A stretch of DNA of 64,000 bases from Eubacteriales bacterium. GTDB lineage: Bacteria; Bacillota; Clostridia; Oscillospirales; Oscillospiraceae. This document shows positions 17,163 to 27,599 of this stretch, piece by piece; positions within the stretch are counted from its first letter, which is position 1; each line of letters opens with the position of its first letter. Position numbers and translations under genes: made by a program. The stretch is from positions 78,282-142,281 of the forward strand of contig JAUNPV010000003.1 of NCBI GenBank assembly GCA_030536515.1, in the 5' to 3' direction. The notes below the pieces were generated by a model. It was given only the letters and a program-made list of their open reading frames with translations, ran no database searches and was not told where the DNA came from.

Positions 17163-18551
17163 ATGAAAAAGAACATCGCACCCTGGACCCCGGAAAAACT
17201 GCAATTCGGGTGCTTGATGGTGCTGGGGGTTATGGAGCTGGCGCTGGCGGCTTTTGGGCCGGGGCTGTCCTATCTTCCCTATTTTATTGTTGAAAAATTC
17301 AGCGCCGTTCCGGCCCTGGTATTTTTGGGATCGGTCCTGGTTTGTCGGCAGAGTCCGCTGGCAAAGCGGCATTTGCTGGCCGGAATCGGGGCGGTTGCCT
17401 GGATTTTGGCGGCACAGGTCATGCAGTATGTGGGCGGAGAAGCACCGGAAAACATCGGCATGAGCTGGGCGGCCTATCTCATGGTCTTTCCCTTTGCGGC
17501 GGTGGAGCAGGAGCGGGGCCGGGGTATGAAATGGATGGGCGGAGCCGCTGCGGCGGTGGGTGCACTGCTGACTCTTTATGCCGGTCTGCTGAAGCTGGGC
17601 GTCCTTGCGGATGGACCTGTCTATTGGGACGGTGCCCGTCTGAACGCCCTGTTCCACCCCAATATCACGGCCTGCCTGCTGATGATGGGACTTGCATTCT
17701 GCCTGATTTTTTGCTTCCGTGTACAGCAGCGCTGGCTCAAGGGCGTGCTGCTGGCAGCGGCGGCGCTGCAGTTTGCAGCCGTCGCACTGACCAACAGCCG
17801 CACCAATATTCTGATGACCTGCGCTCTGCTGGCGGGAATCGTGTTCTTCTGCATCTTCCGGGGCGGCTGGAAGCGGCTGCTTTTGGGCGGACTGGCAGCG
17901 GTGGTGGTCTTTGTCGGAGCGTTTGCCCTGACGGATGCGCTGTATGAGGCCCACTACAACCAGCTGGTGACCGAATATCTGGAAGAACAGGCCGCCGCAC
18001 AAGTGCCGGAGGCACTATCTCCCAGCAGCGCCAGCCAGGCCTCCGAGGCAGAGCCGGCAGTTAAGCTCCCGTCCCAAAGCGGCCAGGGGAGCCTTCTGAA
18101 TGACCTTCGGACCCTCAACGGCCGCACCGTCATCTGGGGCAGCGCCTTCCAGGCGGCACGGTGGAACTCCAACATCCTTCTGCGGGGAACAGCCTACGTA
18201 GGAACTGTCATTTCCACGGCCCAGGAAGCCAGGGGGTCCTTCCCGGTGGAGCACGCGCATAACTCCTGGGTTCAGATGCTGATGTCCTTCGGCCTTCCGG
18301 GGCTGATGATTGGCCTGTATTTTGGATTTCTGGCCCTTCGGGGGGCCCTGTGTCTGCTGCTTCGGCTGGATGTCCAGCTGTGGAAAAAAAGCGTCGCTCT
18401 GCTGGTGCTCTGTCTGCTGATGGCGGGCTTCCTGGAGCCGTCTTTGTTCACCGGCAGCGTTTTTTACCACTTCATCAACGTCATCTTCTTCCTCTGCACC
18501 GGCTATGTGGACCTGTGGCGGGAGGAGCTTCGGCACCCCGAAAGCCGATAA
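17163..18551 (+). CDS. O-antigen ligase/Wzy-like polytopic membrane protein
   Basis: HPN, TNSRT, GRTVIW and HAHNSWVQMLMSFGLPG motifs. Confidence 0.8.
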   Translation: MKKNIAPWTPEKLQFGCLMVLGVMELALAAFGPGLSYLPYFIVEKFSAVPALVFLGSVLVCRQSPLAKRHLLAGIGAVAWILAAQVMQYVGGEAPENIGMSWAAYLMVFPFAAVEQERGRGMKWMGGAAAAVGALLTLYAGLLKLGVLADGPVYWDGARLNALFHPNITACLLMMGLAFCLIFCFRVQQRWLKGVLLAAAALQFAAVALTNSRTNILMTCALLAGIVFFCIFRGGWKRLLLGGLAAVVVFVGAFALTDALYEAHYNQLVTEYLEEQAAAQVPEALSPSSASQASEAEPAVKLPSQSGQGSLLNDLRTLNGRTVIWGSAFQAARWNSNILLRGTAYVGTVISTAQEARGSFPVEHAHNSWVQMLMSFGLPGLMIGLYFGFLALRGALCLLLRLDVQLWKKSVALLVLCLLMAGFLEPSLFTGSVFYHFINVIFFLCTGYVDLWREELRHPESR

Positions 18552-18673
18552 CTGGATGCACCGGGAGGGCGTTTGCCCTTCCGGGCTTTTCTTTGGCGGG
18601 GCGGGGGAAGGGGGCTTCCGCAGAATTGCCATGAAAATTGTTGAAAATGGACTAATTTTTTAAGAAAACCCTC

Positions 18674-18756
18674 TTGCCAAACGAGGGAAAGGGTGGTATA
18701 CTAAGTACCGTAAGTAAGAATGTAGGCAAAGAGAGGGGCGCGCCCCTCTCTTTCTT
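18674..18756 (+). promoter_or_regulatory. SigA promoter and leader hairpin of the rimP-nusA-infB operon
   Basis: TTGCCA-N17-TATACT (18674-18702) with TG extension; AAAGAGAGGGGCGCGCCCCTCTCTTT hairpin before the RBS. Confidence 0.6.
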
Positions 18757-18778
18757 GTTAGCTTAGGAGGTTGAAACG

Positions 18779-19231
18779 ATGAAAGTGACCGATCTGGTTG
18801 CAGGGTTTGCAAAGCCCATTGTGGAAGCCCAGGGCTGTGAGCTTTGGGACGTGGAGTACGTCCGGGAGGGCAGCGAGTATTTCCTGCGGCTGTATCTGGA
18901 CAAGGAGGGCGGCGTGGACATTGCCGACTGCGAGGCCGTGTCCCGGGCCGTGGACCCCATCCTGGACGAAAAGGACCCCATTCCCGGCTCTTATCACTTC
19001 GAGGTCTGCTCGGCGGGCCTGGAGCGGCCCCTGAAGCGGCCCTCGGATTTTGAGCGGTTCCTGGGCAGCCTCATCACCGTCAAGCTCTACAGGCCCCGAA
19101 ACGGCCTGAAGGAGATTCCCTGCGTGCTGAAAGGCTACGATAACGGAAAGCTCACCGTGGAGGCGGGGAAGGAAACCATCACCTTCGAAAAATCCGAGGT
19201 CGCCCTGGTGCGGCTGCGGGTAGAGTTCTGA
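18779..19231 (+). CDS. rimP: Ribosome maturation factor RimP
   Basis: LRLYLDKEGGVDIADC, EVCSAGLERPLK. Confidence 0.95.
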   Translation: MKVTDLVAGFAKPIVEAQGCELWDVEYVREGSEYFLRLYLDKEGGVDIADCEAVSRAVDPILDEKDPIPGSYHFEVCSAGLERPLKRPSDFERFLGSLITVKLYRPRNGLKEIPCVLKGYDNGKLTVEAGKETITFEKSEVALVRLRVEF

Positions 19232-19386
19232 GTCCCCTGCGTAGGGGAGGGGCTTGCCCCCTCCCGGTCATTTCCTGGGGAAATGACGCCATTTTTCTCT
19301 GAAAAATGGCCGGACAGCCGCAAGGGCTGTCCCTACGCAATCAAATTATTATAAACACCATCTGAAACAGGAGGAAAATAAACATC

Positions 19387-20532
19387 ATGGCCAGAAATAC
19401 CAGAGCCAAGAAACAGACCGAGGCGCCGAAGGTTGACATCGGCGCGGAAATCTTCGCTTCCCTGCGGGAGCTGGAGAAGCTCAAGGGCATTCCCGTTGAT
19501 TACATGGTCGAGCGGCTGAAGCAGGCCCTGACCAACGCCTACCGGAAGGACCGGGAGGACCGCCGGGACGTCCCCGCCGACAATGTGGTGGTGGACCTGA
19601 GCGAGAAGGGCCTGGCAATGCACATTGTCAAGACCGCCGTGGAGGAGCTGGAGGACACCGCCCTGGAAATCCAGATTGACGCTGCCCGCCGCATCGTTCC
19701 CACCGCCCAGGTGGGCGACAGCATTTCCATCCCCGTGGACATCGCCAAGTTCGGCCGCATCGCCGCCCAGACCGCCAAGCAGGTGGTCATCCAGGGCATC
19801 CGGGAGGCTGAGCGGGGCGTGATGTACGAGTCCTATTCCAGCAAGGCCCAGGAGCTGCTCACCGGCACCGTTTTGCGCATCGACCCCGCCTCCGGCGATA
19901 TCTTCGTCCGCATCGGCCAGGGTAGCGATGCCTCCGACGCTGTGCTCCGGGCCTCTGAGCAGATTCCCGGCGAGCATTACACCGAGGGCGACCTGATCCG
20001 GGTCTATGTGCTGGAGGTCCATAAGGCCAACCGCGGACCCCTGGTCCACGTGTCCCGGACCCACCCCAACCTGGTGCGCCGGCTGTTCGAGCTGGAGACC
20101 CCAGAGATTGCCGAGGGCCAGGTGGAGGTCCGCAACATCGCAAGAGAGGCCGGCTCCCGGTCCAAGATGGCCGTCCGGGCCACCATGGAGGGCGTCGATC
20201 CTGTGGGCGCCTGCGTGGGTCCCCGGGGCGGCCGTGTGGGCGCTGTCGTGGAGGAGCTCCACGGCGAGAAGATTGACATTGTGGTCTGGAGCGAGGACCC
20301 CTGCGAGTATGTCCGGGCCGCCCTCAGCCCCGCCGATGTTGTCTCCGTCACCCTGATTCCCGGCCAGAAGGCCTGCCGGGTCATCGTGCCCGACGATCAG
20401 CTGTCCCTGGCCATTGGCAAGGAGGGCCAGAACGCCCGCCTGGCCGCCCGGCTCACCGGCTACAAAATCGACATCAAGCCCGCCTCCCAGGCCGCAGAGC
20501 TCCCCGCCCAGGCGGAGGCAGAGGAAGAATAA
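19387..20532 (+). CDS. nusA: Transcription termination factor NusA
   Basis: FGRIAAQTAKQV, SRTHPNLV, AREAGSRSK, AIGKEGQNARLAARLTG. Confidence 0.97.
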   Translation: MARNTRAKKQTEAPKVDIGAEIFASLRELEKLKGIPVDYMVERLKQALTNAYRKDREDRRDVPADNVVVDLSEKGLAMHIVKTAVEELEDTALEIQIDAARRIVPTAQVGDSISIPVDIAKFGRIAAQTAKQVVIQGIREAERGVMYESYSSKAQELLTGTVLRIDPASGDIFVRIGQGSDASDAVLRASEQIPGEHYTEGDLIRVYVLEVHKANRGPLVHVSRTHPNLVRRLFELETPEIAEGQVEVRNIAREAGSRSKMAVRATMEGVDPVGACVGPRGGRVGAVVEELHGEKIDIVVWSEDPCEYVRAALSPADVVSVTLIPGQKACRVIVPDDQLSLAIGKEGQNARLAARLTGYKIDIKPASQAAELPAQAEAEEE

Positions 20533-20547
20533 GCGGGAGGGGCGCTT

Positions 20548-20817
20548 ATGCAGAAGAAAATTCCCCAGAGGCAGTGCATGGGCTGCCGGGAGCGCAGGGA
20601 CAAGCGCAGTCTCATCCGGGTGGTCCGGGGGCCCGACGGGAACGTCACCCTGGATTTCAGCGGCAAGGCCCCCGGCCGGGGCGCTTACCTCTGCCCGGAC
20701 CCGGAATGCCTGAAAAAGGCCATCCGCTCCAAGGCGCTGGACCGGAGCCTGGAGGTAAGCATCCCCCAGGCGGTTTACGACCGGCTGGAAAAGGAAATGG
20801 AGGGGTCTCATGGATAA
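20548..20817 (+). CDS. ylxR: YlxR (RnpM) RNA-binding protein
   Basis: PQRQCMGCRE, GKAPGRGAYLC; position after nusA. Confidence 0.92.
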   Translation: MQKKIPQRQCMGCRERRDKRSLIRVVRGPDGNVTLDFSGKAPGRGAYLCPDPECLKKAIRSKALDRSLEVSIPQAVYDRLEKEMEGSHG

Positions 20818-21226
20818 GGCTCTGAATTATCTGGCCCTGGCCCGGAAGGGCGGGCTGTGCGAGCTGGGCGAGGAGCCTGTGGGTGCTGTGTCCCGGACCG
20901 GCAGGGCCTACGTGGTGCTGGTGGCGGGGGATGCCTCGGACCATACCTGGCGGCGGGCCAAGTCCTTCGTGTCCGGCTCGGAGCAGCAGTGCATCCGGCT
21001 GGAGGCCACCAAGGACCAGATGGGCCTGGCCGTGGGCCGGCAGTCCCTGGCCATCGCCGCCGTCACCGACGTGCAGCTGGCCCTGGCCCTGGTGAAGGCC
21101 CTGGAAAAGCCGGAGCGCTATAAGGACGCCCTGGAAATCCTGGAGGCCAAGGCCCAAAAGGCCAAAAAGCGCCAGGCCGAGGCCCGGGCCCACCAGAAAA
21201 ATGTCCGCAAAGGAAAGAAGCAGTAA
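20810..21226 (+). CDS. ylxQ: L7Ae-family protein YlxQ
   Basis: YLALARKGG, GEE, LVAGDAS; conserved position before infB. Confidence 0.8.
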   Translation: MDKALNYLALARKGGLCELGEEPVGAVSRTGRAYVVLVAGDASDHTWRRAKSFVSGSEQQCIRLEATKDQMGLAVGRQSLAIAAVTDVQLALALVKALEKPERYKDALEILEAKAQKAKKRQAEARAHQKNVRKGKKQ

Positions 21227-21260
21227 GCGGTTTGCGCTTTCCCCGAAGAAGGGAAGTCCC

Positions 21261-21343
21261 GTAGGGAACGGATTTATCCGTTCCGGAGGAAATGCTGTGA
21301 GCATATTCCATGTTCATGCGGAACGGATAAATCCGTTCCCTAC
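21261..21343. repeat. Inverted GTAG REP doublet between ylxQ and infB
   Basis: GTAGGGAACGGATTTATCCGTTCC at 21261-21284 and its reverse complement at 21320-21343. Confidence 0.9.
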
Positions 21344-21432
21344 AGGCCTGTCGGGAGAAAGCACAAATCAGAAATTGACCAAAATGAACGCCGGGAGCTT
21401 CTCGGCTACTACATTTGGAGGTGCGTTTATAG

Positions 21433-23817
21433 ATGAGTTTTGTTAAGTATCGTTTGAAAGAGGTGGCCGCCGACTTTGGCGTTGCGCCCAAGGATGTTGC
21501 GGAGATCATCTCCAAGTTTTATGAAAAGCCCAAGTCCAACACCCAGGTGCTCACCGATGCCGAGCTGAACGCCGTGTTTGACTACATGACCCAGAAGAAC
21601 CAGATTTCTTCCATGGAGCAGGTTTTCGCCGCCAAGCCCACCGCCCCCAAGGCCGAGGCTCCCAAGGCGGAGGCCCCCAAGGCCGATGGGCCCAGGGCGG
21701 AGGCAAAGCCCCGTCCCCAGAATCAGCAGAGCCGTCCTCAGGGCCAGCAGGCCCCCCGGCCCCAGAATCCCCAGAGCCGCCCCCAAGGCCAGAGCGCCCA
21801 GAAGCAGCCCAAGGCCGCCGAGCCGGAGCGCAAGCGGGAGCGCCGGGTGGTGGATACCTCCGCCGTCCAGGTCAACGCCGCCCGGTTTGACGACCATGCC
21901 GATTCCCTGATTTCTGAGCGTGCCCAGAATTACCAGGGCGGCAAGCAGCGCATCGGCAACAAGAACAAGAACCAGCAGAAGGGCGGCGGCAAGTTCAAGG
22001 GCAGCAAGGCCCGCAGCGAGGAGCAGGAGAAAATGCGCCGCCTCCAGATGGAGGTGGCCCGGAAGGCCCCCCTGACGGTTAAGATTCCCGAGGAGATTAC
22101 CGTAGGCGAGCTGGCCTCCCGGATGAAGAAAACCGCCGGTGAGGTCATCAAGACCCTGATGAAAAACGGCGTCATGGCCGCCATCAACCAGACCATCGAC
22201 TTCGACACCGCTGAATTTGTGGCCACCGAAATGGGCTGCAAGGTGGAGAAAGAGGTCACCGTCACCATCGAGGAGCAGATTATCGACGACCATGTGGACA
22301 CCGCCGAGGAGCTGGTGACCCGGGCCCCCGTGGTGGTGGTCATGGGCCACGTGGACCACGGCAAGACCTCTACCCTGGATGCCATCCGCAAGACCTCCGT
22401 CACCGCCGGAGAGGCCGGAGGCATCACCCAGCACATTGGCGCCTATACTGTGGATGTAAACGGCAATATGGTCACCTTCCTGGATACCCCCGGCCACGCC
22501 GCCTTTACCTCCATGCGTGCCCGTGGCGCCAAGTCCACCGACATCGCCATTCTGGTGGTGGCCGCCGACGACGGCATCATGCCCCAGACCATCGAGTCCA
22601 TCAACCACGCCAAGGCCGCCGAGGTGCCCATCATCGTGGCCATCAACAAGATGGACAAGCCCACCGCCAACCCCGATAAAATCAAGGAGCAGCTGACCAA
22701 GTATGACCTGGTGCCCGAGGAATGGGGCGGCGATACCATCATCGTGCCCATCTCCGCCAAGACCGGCATGGGCCTGGACGAGCTGCTGGAAATGGTCATC
22801 CTCACCGCTGAGGTCCAGGAGCTGAAGGCCAACCCCAACCGCCGGGCCAAGGGCACCGTTATCGAGGCCCGCCTGGACAAGACCCGTGGCCCCGTGGCCA
22901 CCCTGCTGGTCCAGAACGGCACCCTGAAGCAGGGCGATATCGTCATTGCCGGCACCGCCGTGGGCCGTGTCCGGGTGATGACCAACGACAAGGGCCGCAC
23001 CGTCAAAACCGCCGGACCCAGCGTGCCTGTGGAGATTACCGGCCTGGCTGAGGTCCCCACCCCCGGCGACGAGTTCAACGCCGTCACCGACGAGCGCATG
23101 GCCCGGGAGTTGGTGGAGCAGCGCCGTCAGGCCGCCAAGGATGCCGCCGCCAACGCCATGCAGAAGGTCACCCTGGATAACCTCTTTGCAAGAATGCAGG
23201 AGGGCGAGATGAAGGAGCTGCCCCTGATTGTCAAGGCCGACGTTCAGGGCTCCGCCGAGGCCATCAAGGCCTCCCTGGAGAAGATTTCCAACGAGGAGGT
23301 CCGGGTCCGGGTTATCCACGCCGGTGTAGGCGCTATCAACGAAAGCGACATTCTGCTGGCCTCCACCTCCGGCGCTATCGTCATCGGCTTCAACGTCCGC
23401 CCCGACGCCGCCGCCCAGGCCTCCGGCCAGCGGGCCAACGTGGATATGCGGTTCTACCGGGTTATCTACGATGCCATCGACGAAATTGAGGCCGCCATGA
23501 AGGGTATGCTGGCGCCCAAGTTCGAGGAAGTGGTCATCGGCCACGCCGAGGTCCGCATGACCTACAAGGTCTCCGCCATCGGCACCATCGCCGGCTGCAT
23601 GGTCAAGGACGGCAAGGTCACCCGGGACGGCCAGGTCCGTATCCTCCGGGACAACATCGTCATTCACGAGGGCGAAATCGGCTCCTTGCAGCGCTTCAAG
23701 GATGCCGTCAAGGAGGTCACCGCCGGCTACGAATGCGGCATGAGCATCTCCAAGTACAACGACATCAAGGAAGGCGACATCTTCGAGTGCTTCACCATGC
23801 AGGAAGTAAAGCGCTAA
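21433..23817 (+). CDS. infB: Translation initiation factor IF-2
   Basis: [27 protein letters not shown]; Pro/Gln-rich N-terminal linker. Confidence 0.98.
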   Translation: MSFVKYRLKEVAADFGVAPKDVAEIISKFYEKPKSNTQVLTDAELNAVFDYMTQKNQISSMEQVFAAKPTAPKAEAPKAEAPKADGPRAEAKPRPQNQQSRPQGQQAPRPQNPQSRPQGQSAQKQPKAAEPERKRERRVVDTSAVQVNAARFDDHADSLISERAQNYQGGKQRIGNKNKNQQKGGGKFKGSKARSEEQEKMRRLQMEVARKAPLTVKIPEEITVGELASRMKKTAGEVIKTLMKNGVMAAINQTIDFDTAEFVATEMGCKVEKEVTVTIEEQIIDDHVDTAEELVTRAPVVVVMGHVDHGKTSTLDAIRKTSVTAGEAGGITQHIGAYTVDVNGNMVTFLDTPGHAAFTSMRARGAKSTDIAILVVAADDGIMPQTIESINHAKAAEVPIIVAINKMDKPTANPDKIKEQLTKYDLVPEEWGGDTIIVPISAKTGMGLDELLEMVILTAEVQELKANPNRRAKGTVIEARLDKTRGPVATLLVQNGTLKQGDIVIAGTAVGRVRVMTNDKGRTVKTAGPSVPVEITGLAEVPTPGDEFNAVTDERMARELVEQRRQAAKDAAANAMQKVTLDNLFARMQEGEMKELPLIVKADVQGSAEAIKASLEKISNEEVRVRVIHAGVGAINESDILLASTSGAIVIGFNVRPDAAAQASGQRANVDMRFYRVIYDAIDEIEAAMKGMLAPKFEEVVIGHAEVRMTYKVSAIGTIAGCMVKDGKVTRDGQVRILRDNIVIHEGEIGSLQRFKDAVKEVTAGYECGMSISKYNDIKEGDIFECFTMQEVKR

Positions 23818-23827
23818 CGCGCTGGTG

Positions 23828-24000
23828 AAAATCCCCTTCGGGGCTTTCCACCAAAGGGCTTGCAGCCTGCTTAGCGCATCATTTTTGCGGTGCAAAAATG
23901 ATACACACGCAGTCTGAGCGGAATTTTTGGCCAGGTACACGCCCCGGCCAAAAATGATTGAATTTTATTTCGCCGCTGCGGCGGCGAAACTCTGCGAGGC
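23828..24000 (+). repeat. Multi-hairpin element of about 175 bp (family H), copy 1
   Basis: Aligns with 29008-29182 and, more loosely, with 59318-59417; stems show compensatory changes. Confidence 0.7.
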
Positions 24001-24149
24001 CCTGCAGCGGTGAACTGTGACGATGATGGTTCCGTTTTCCAGTTATTCAAAATGTGCCGCAGGCACACCATACTTCTTCACGTTTCACTATTCACACAAA
24101 CTTGCCGCGCCGCCTGTGCGGCGCGGTAACTTGTTTTGGAGGATGCAAT

Positions 24150-24521
24150 ATGGCAACCAAACGAATCGTTCTCATTAACGAGGAAATCAAAAAGGAGCTT
24201 TCCAATCTCCTGCGGGCCGTCAAGGACCCCCGGGTCCAGGACACCATGATTTCCATTACCCGGGTGGAAACCACCCCGGACCTGCGCTATACCAAGGTAT
24301 ACGTCAGCTTTCTCCAGGAGGAGCGGGCGGCAAACGCCATGGCGGGCCTGAAATCCGCCGCCGGCTGGCTCCGCCGGGAGCTGGGCCGGAATTTGCAGCT
24401 GCGCTACAGCCCCCAGATTGTCTGGGCCCTGGACGACTCCATCACCTACGGCGCCAAAATGCTGGCGCTGATCAACTCCCTCGAGGTAAAGCATGATGAA
24501 GAAAAGCCTGACCAGAGCTGA
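24150..24521 (+). CDS. rbfA: Ribosome-binding factor A
   Basis: KDPRV, ITRVETTPDLRYTKVYVS; start at ATG 24150 after GGAGG. Confidence 0.95.
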   Translation: MATKRIVLINEEIKKELSNLLRAVKDPRVQDTMISITRVETTPDLRYTKVYVSFLQEERAANAMAGLKSAAGWLRRELGRNLQLRYSPQIVWALDDSITYGAKMLALINSLEVKHDEEKPDQS

Positions 24522-25449
24522 GGCCGCAGAATTTCTGCGCAGTCACGACAATTTTACCCTCCTGTCCCACCGCCGCCCGGACGGGGACACCGTGGGCTCC
24601 ACCGCCGCCCTGTGCTTAGGGCTGCGGCAACTGGGCAAAACCGCCCACGTGCTGCACAACGACGAGGTCACCGACCGCTTTGCCTGGCTCCATGAGGGCC
24701 TGACCAAGGCGGCGGCAGAGGAAGGGGACACCCTTGTGTCCGTGGACGTGGCCTCCCCATCCATGCTGCCCAAGGCCTTTGCCCCTCTGGCGGACAAAAT
24801 CGCCCTGCGCATCGACCACCACGGCTCGTCCACCTCCTTCACGCCGCTGGAGCTGGTGGACCCGATCAGCGCCTCCTGCGCCGAGCTCATCTGGGACCTG
24901 CTGGAGGCGCTGGAGGTCCGGCCCGACCGGGCCATTGCCCAGGCGGTGTACGTGGGAACCTCCACCGACACCGGGTGCTTCCGCTACTCCAACACCTCCG
25001 CCCACACCTTCGCCGTGGCCGCCAAGTGCGCCCAGGCCGGGGCCGGGGTGTATGAACTGAACCAGGAGCTGTTTGAAACCAACACCCTGGCCCGCTTAAA
25101 AATGCAGGCCTGGATGGTGGACCACATGAAGCTGCTGGGCGGCGGGAAGCTGGCCCTGTGCGCCATTCCCCGGGCCGTGGAGGAGGAGCTGGGAGTCACC
25201 CAGGACGATATGGACAACATTTCCTCCTTCCCCCGGACCGTGGCGGGGGTGTGCATGGCTGCCACCCTCCGGGAAAACGGGGAGGGGGACAGCAAGCTGT
25301 CCGTCCGGGCAATCCCGGGCTATGACGCTACCGCCGTCACCGAAAAATTCGGCGGCGGCGGCCACAAGGGGGCGGCGGGTGCCTTCCTGCACCTGCCCCT
25401 GGCGGAGGCGGCGGCGGCCGTGGAAAAGGCCCTGGTGGAGGAAGCATGA
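24493..25449 (+). CDS. nrnA: DHH/DHHA1 oligoribonuclease / pAp phosphatase
   Basis: HRRPDGD, VDVA, IDHH, TDTG, GGGGHKGAAG; start could be 24496. Confidence 0.88.
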   Translation: MMKKSLTRAEAAEFLRSHDNFTLLSHRRPDGDTVGSTAALCLGLRQLGKTAHVLHNDEVTDRFAWLHEGLTKAAAEEGDTLVSVDVASPSMLPKAFAPLADKIALRIDHHGSSTSFTPLELVDPISASCAELIWDLLEALEVRPDRAIAQAVYVGTSTDTGCFRYSNTSAHTFAVAAKCAQAGAGVYELNQELFETNTLARLKMQAWMVDHMKLLGGGKLALCAIPRAVEEELGVTQDDMDNISSFPRTVAGVCMAATLRENGEGDSKLSVRAIPGYDATAVTEKFGGGGHKGAAGAFLHLPLAEAAAAVEKALVEEA

Positions 25450-26312
25450 ACGGAATCGTCATTGTGGACAAGCCCCAGGACTGGACCAGCCAGGATGTGA
25501 CCGCAAGGCTGCGGCGGGTGTTCGCCACCCGCCGCATCGGCCACGGCGGCACATTGGACCCCATGGCCACCGGGGTGCTGCCGGTGTTCGTTGGCCGGGC
25601 CACCCGGGGTGTGGAATTTTTCGAGCACGCCGGGAAAACCTACGAGACCGTCCTGCGCTTAGGCCGCACCACCTCCACCGAGGACGTGTGGGGACAGACT
25701 CTGACCGAGTCTAAAGTGTCCGTCACCCGGGAACAGGCGGAGGCGGTTTTGGACCGCTTCCGGGGGGAGATTATGCAGATTCCGCCCATGTACTCGGCCC
25801 TGAAGGTAAACGGCCAGAAGCTCTGCGACCTGGCCCGGAAGGGCCGGGAGGTGGAGCGTCAGCCCCGGCCCATCACCATTTTTGAGCTGACCCTCCTGGA
25901 AATGGGGGAAAACACCCTCCGTCTCCGGGTCCGCTGCTCCAAGGGCACCTATATCCGGACCCTGTGCAAGGACATCGGGGCGGCCCTGGGCTGCGGCGGC
26001 TGCATGGAGGCCCTGCGCCGGGTCACGGCGGGGGAGTATACCATCGAGGAAGCCGTGCCCCTGGAGACCCTGCTGAATGCGGAGCATCCGGAGCAGTATC
26101 TCCGGGACGTGGACACCATGTTCCGCAATCACCCGGCCCTGACCCTGACGGCCAACCAGGAAAAGCGCTGCCGCAACGGCAACGCCTTCTCCCTGGACCG
26201 GCCCGACGGCACCTACCGGGCCTACAGCCAGACAGGAGAGTTTCTCATGCTGGCCAAGGTGGAGAGCGGAGTTATGTCAACCATTAAGAGCTTTTTTGAG
26301 GTTTCACCGTAG
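25446..26312 (+). CDS. truB: tRNA pseudouridine(55) synthase
   Basis: GHGGTLDPMATGVL, QIPPMYSALK, CSKGTYIRTL. Confidence 0.96.
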   Translation: MNGIVIVDKPQDWTSQDVTARLRRVFATRRIGHGGTLDPMATGVLPVFVGRATRGVEFFEHAGKTYETVLRLGRTTSTEDVWGQTLTESKVSVTREQAEAVLDRFRGEIMQIPPMYSALKVNGQKLCDLARKGREVERQPRPITIFELTLLEMGENTLRLRVRCSKGTYIRTLCKDIGAALGCGGCMEALRRVTAGEYTIEEAVPLETLLNAEHPEQYLRDVDTMFRNHPALTLTANQEKRCRNGNAFSLDRPDGTYRAYSQTGEFLMLAKVESGVMSTIKSFFEVSP

Positions 26313-26437
26313 GGAACGGATTTATCCGTTCCGTGGATTTGCATTGGTGCAAATCCGGCGGCGAAGCCCCGAAACCGCCATCCGGTTTTTCCGCTCATTG
26401 CCCATAACCGCCCGGAACGGATAAATCCGTTCCCTAC
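26309..26437. repeat. Inverted GTAG REP doublet between truB and ribF
   Basis: 26309-26332 and reverse complement 26414-26437; the truB stop TAG lies within the GTAG tag. Confidence 0.9.
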
Positions 26438-26465
26438 GGTGAATTTTTTGATTTTCGGTGAAACT

Positions 26466-27353
26466 ATGATACAAAAAACAATCTACGCCCTGGGGTTTTT
26501 TGACGGGGTGCATCTGGGCCATGCCGCTCTGCTGCGGACCTGTTTGTCTCTGGCCCGGGAGAATGGGTGCGATGCCGGGGTGGTGACCTTTGCGGCCCAC
26601 CCGGACACCCTGGTGCTGGGCAGCACCCCGGGGCTCATCAACACCGCCGCCGACCGGGAGCGGCTGCTGCGGCGGCTGTTCGCCATGGACACCGTGGTGA
26701 CCCTGCCCTTTGACGAGCACATGAAACATATGCCCTGGCAGGATTTTCTCCGGATGCTGCTGGACCGGTACGGCGCCGCCGGATTTGTCTGCGGCGAGGA
26801 TTTCCGCTTCGGCTTCCTTGGCCGGGGCGATGCCGGGTCCCTGGGGGCATTCTGCCGGGAAATGGGCCTTCCCTGGGCCGTTGTGCCGGAGCAGACCCTG
26901 GAGGGGGAGCGGATTTCCTCCACCCGGATTCGGGAGCGGCTGCAAAAGGGGGACATGGCCGGGGCCGTGCGGCTGCTGGGCCACCCCCACATCCTCACCG
27001 GCCCGGTGGTCCACGGCCACCAGCTGGGCCGGACCCTGGGCATTCCCACCGCCAATCTCCACCTGCCTGTGGAGCTGGCGGTGCCCAGATTCGGGGTCTA
27101 CGCCTGCCGGTGCAGCATCGATGGCCGGAGCTATCCCGCCGTCACCAACATTGGCACCCGGCCCACCGTTTCCGGCCGGGGCGTCACCGTGGAGCCCTGG
27201 ATTCTGGACTACGAGGGGGACCTCTACGGCCGGGAGCTGACTCTGGAATTCTTCGAATTTCTCCGCCCGGAGCAGAAATTCCCCTCTCTGGAGGCCATGA
27301 AAGAGGAAATCCACCGCAATGCGGCGCAGACCAGAAGAACTGTTCCCTGTTAA
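26466..27353 (+). CDS. ribF: Bifunctional riboflavin kinase/FAD synthetase
   Basis: GFFDGVHLGH, ISSTRIR, GRTLGIPTAN, TNIGTRPT; start at ATG 26466. Confidence 0.95.
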   Translation: MIQKTIYALGFFDGVHLGHAALLRTCLSLARENGCDAGVVTFAAHPDTLVLGSTPGLINTAADRERLLRRLFAMDTVVTLPFDEHMKHMPWQDFLRMLLDRYGAAGFVCGEDFRFGFLGRGDAGSLGAFCREMGLPWAVVPEQTLEGERISSTRIRERLQKGDMAGAVRLLGHPHILTGPVVHGHQLGRTLGIPTANLHLPVELAVPRFGVYACRCSIDGRSYPAVTNIGTRPTVSGRGVTVEPWILDYEGDLYGRELTLEFFEFLRPEQKFPSLEAMKEEIHRNAAQTRRTVPC

Positions 27354-27358
27354 AACCT

Positions 27359-27505
27359 TGTCATTGCGAACCAGTCCGCAGACTGGTGTGGCAATCCGTT
27401 TCCTTTTCATTTTTCCTTTGGAAAAATGAACTGGTTGGCCAAAGGCCAACCAGAGGGAATGCGGATTGCCACAGCCAGTGTTGCGACACTGGCTTCGCAA
27501 TGACA
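27359..27505. repeat. Inverted pair of TGTC-tagged repeats (family F)
   Basis: TGTCATTGCGAACCAGTCCGCAGACTGGTGTGGCAATC ... GATTGCCACAGCCAGTGTTGCGACACTGGCTTCGCAATGACA. Confidence 0.85.
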
Positions 27506-27599
27506 TGACGGGGAGCGTCCATAACGTTTACAATTCTCCACTTGTGTTGTGGGGAAAAATGCAGTATAATATTAAAAATTACGGAAGGGTGGGAACTCT

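Noticed and set aside
21630-21830. Short tandem repeats in infB (APKAE, PQNxQSRPQGQ) and ricT (APKQE, about 34585-34660)
   Set aside because: Ordinary low-complexity linkers in these proteins
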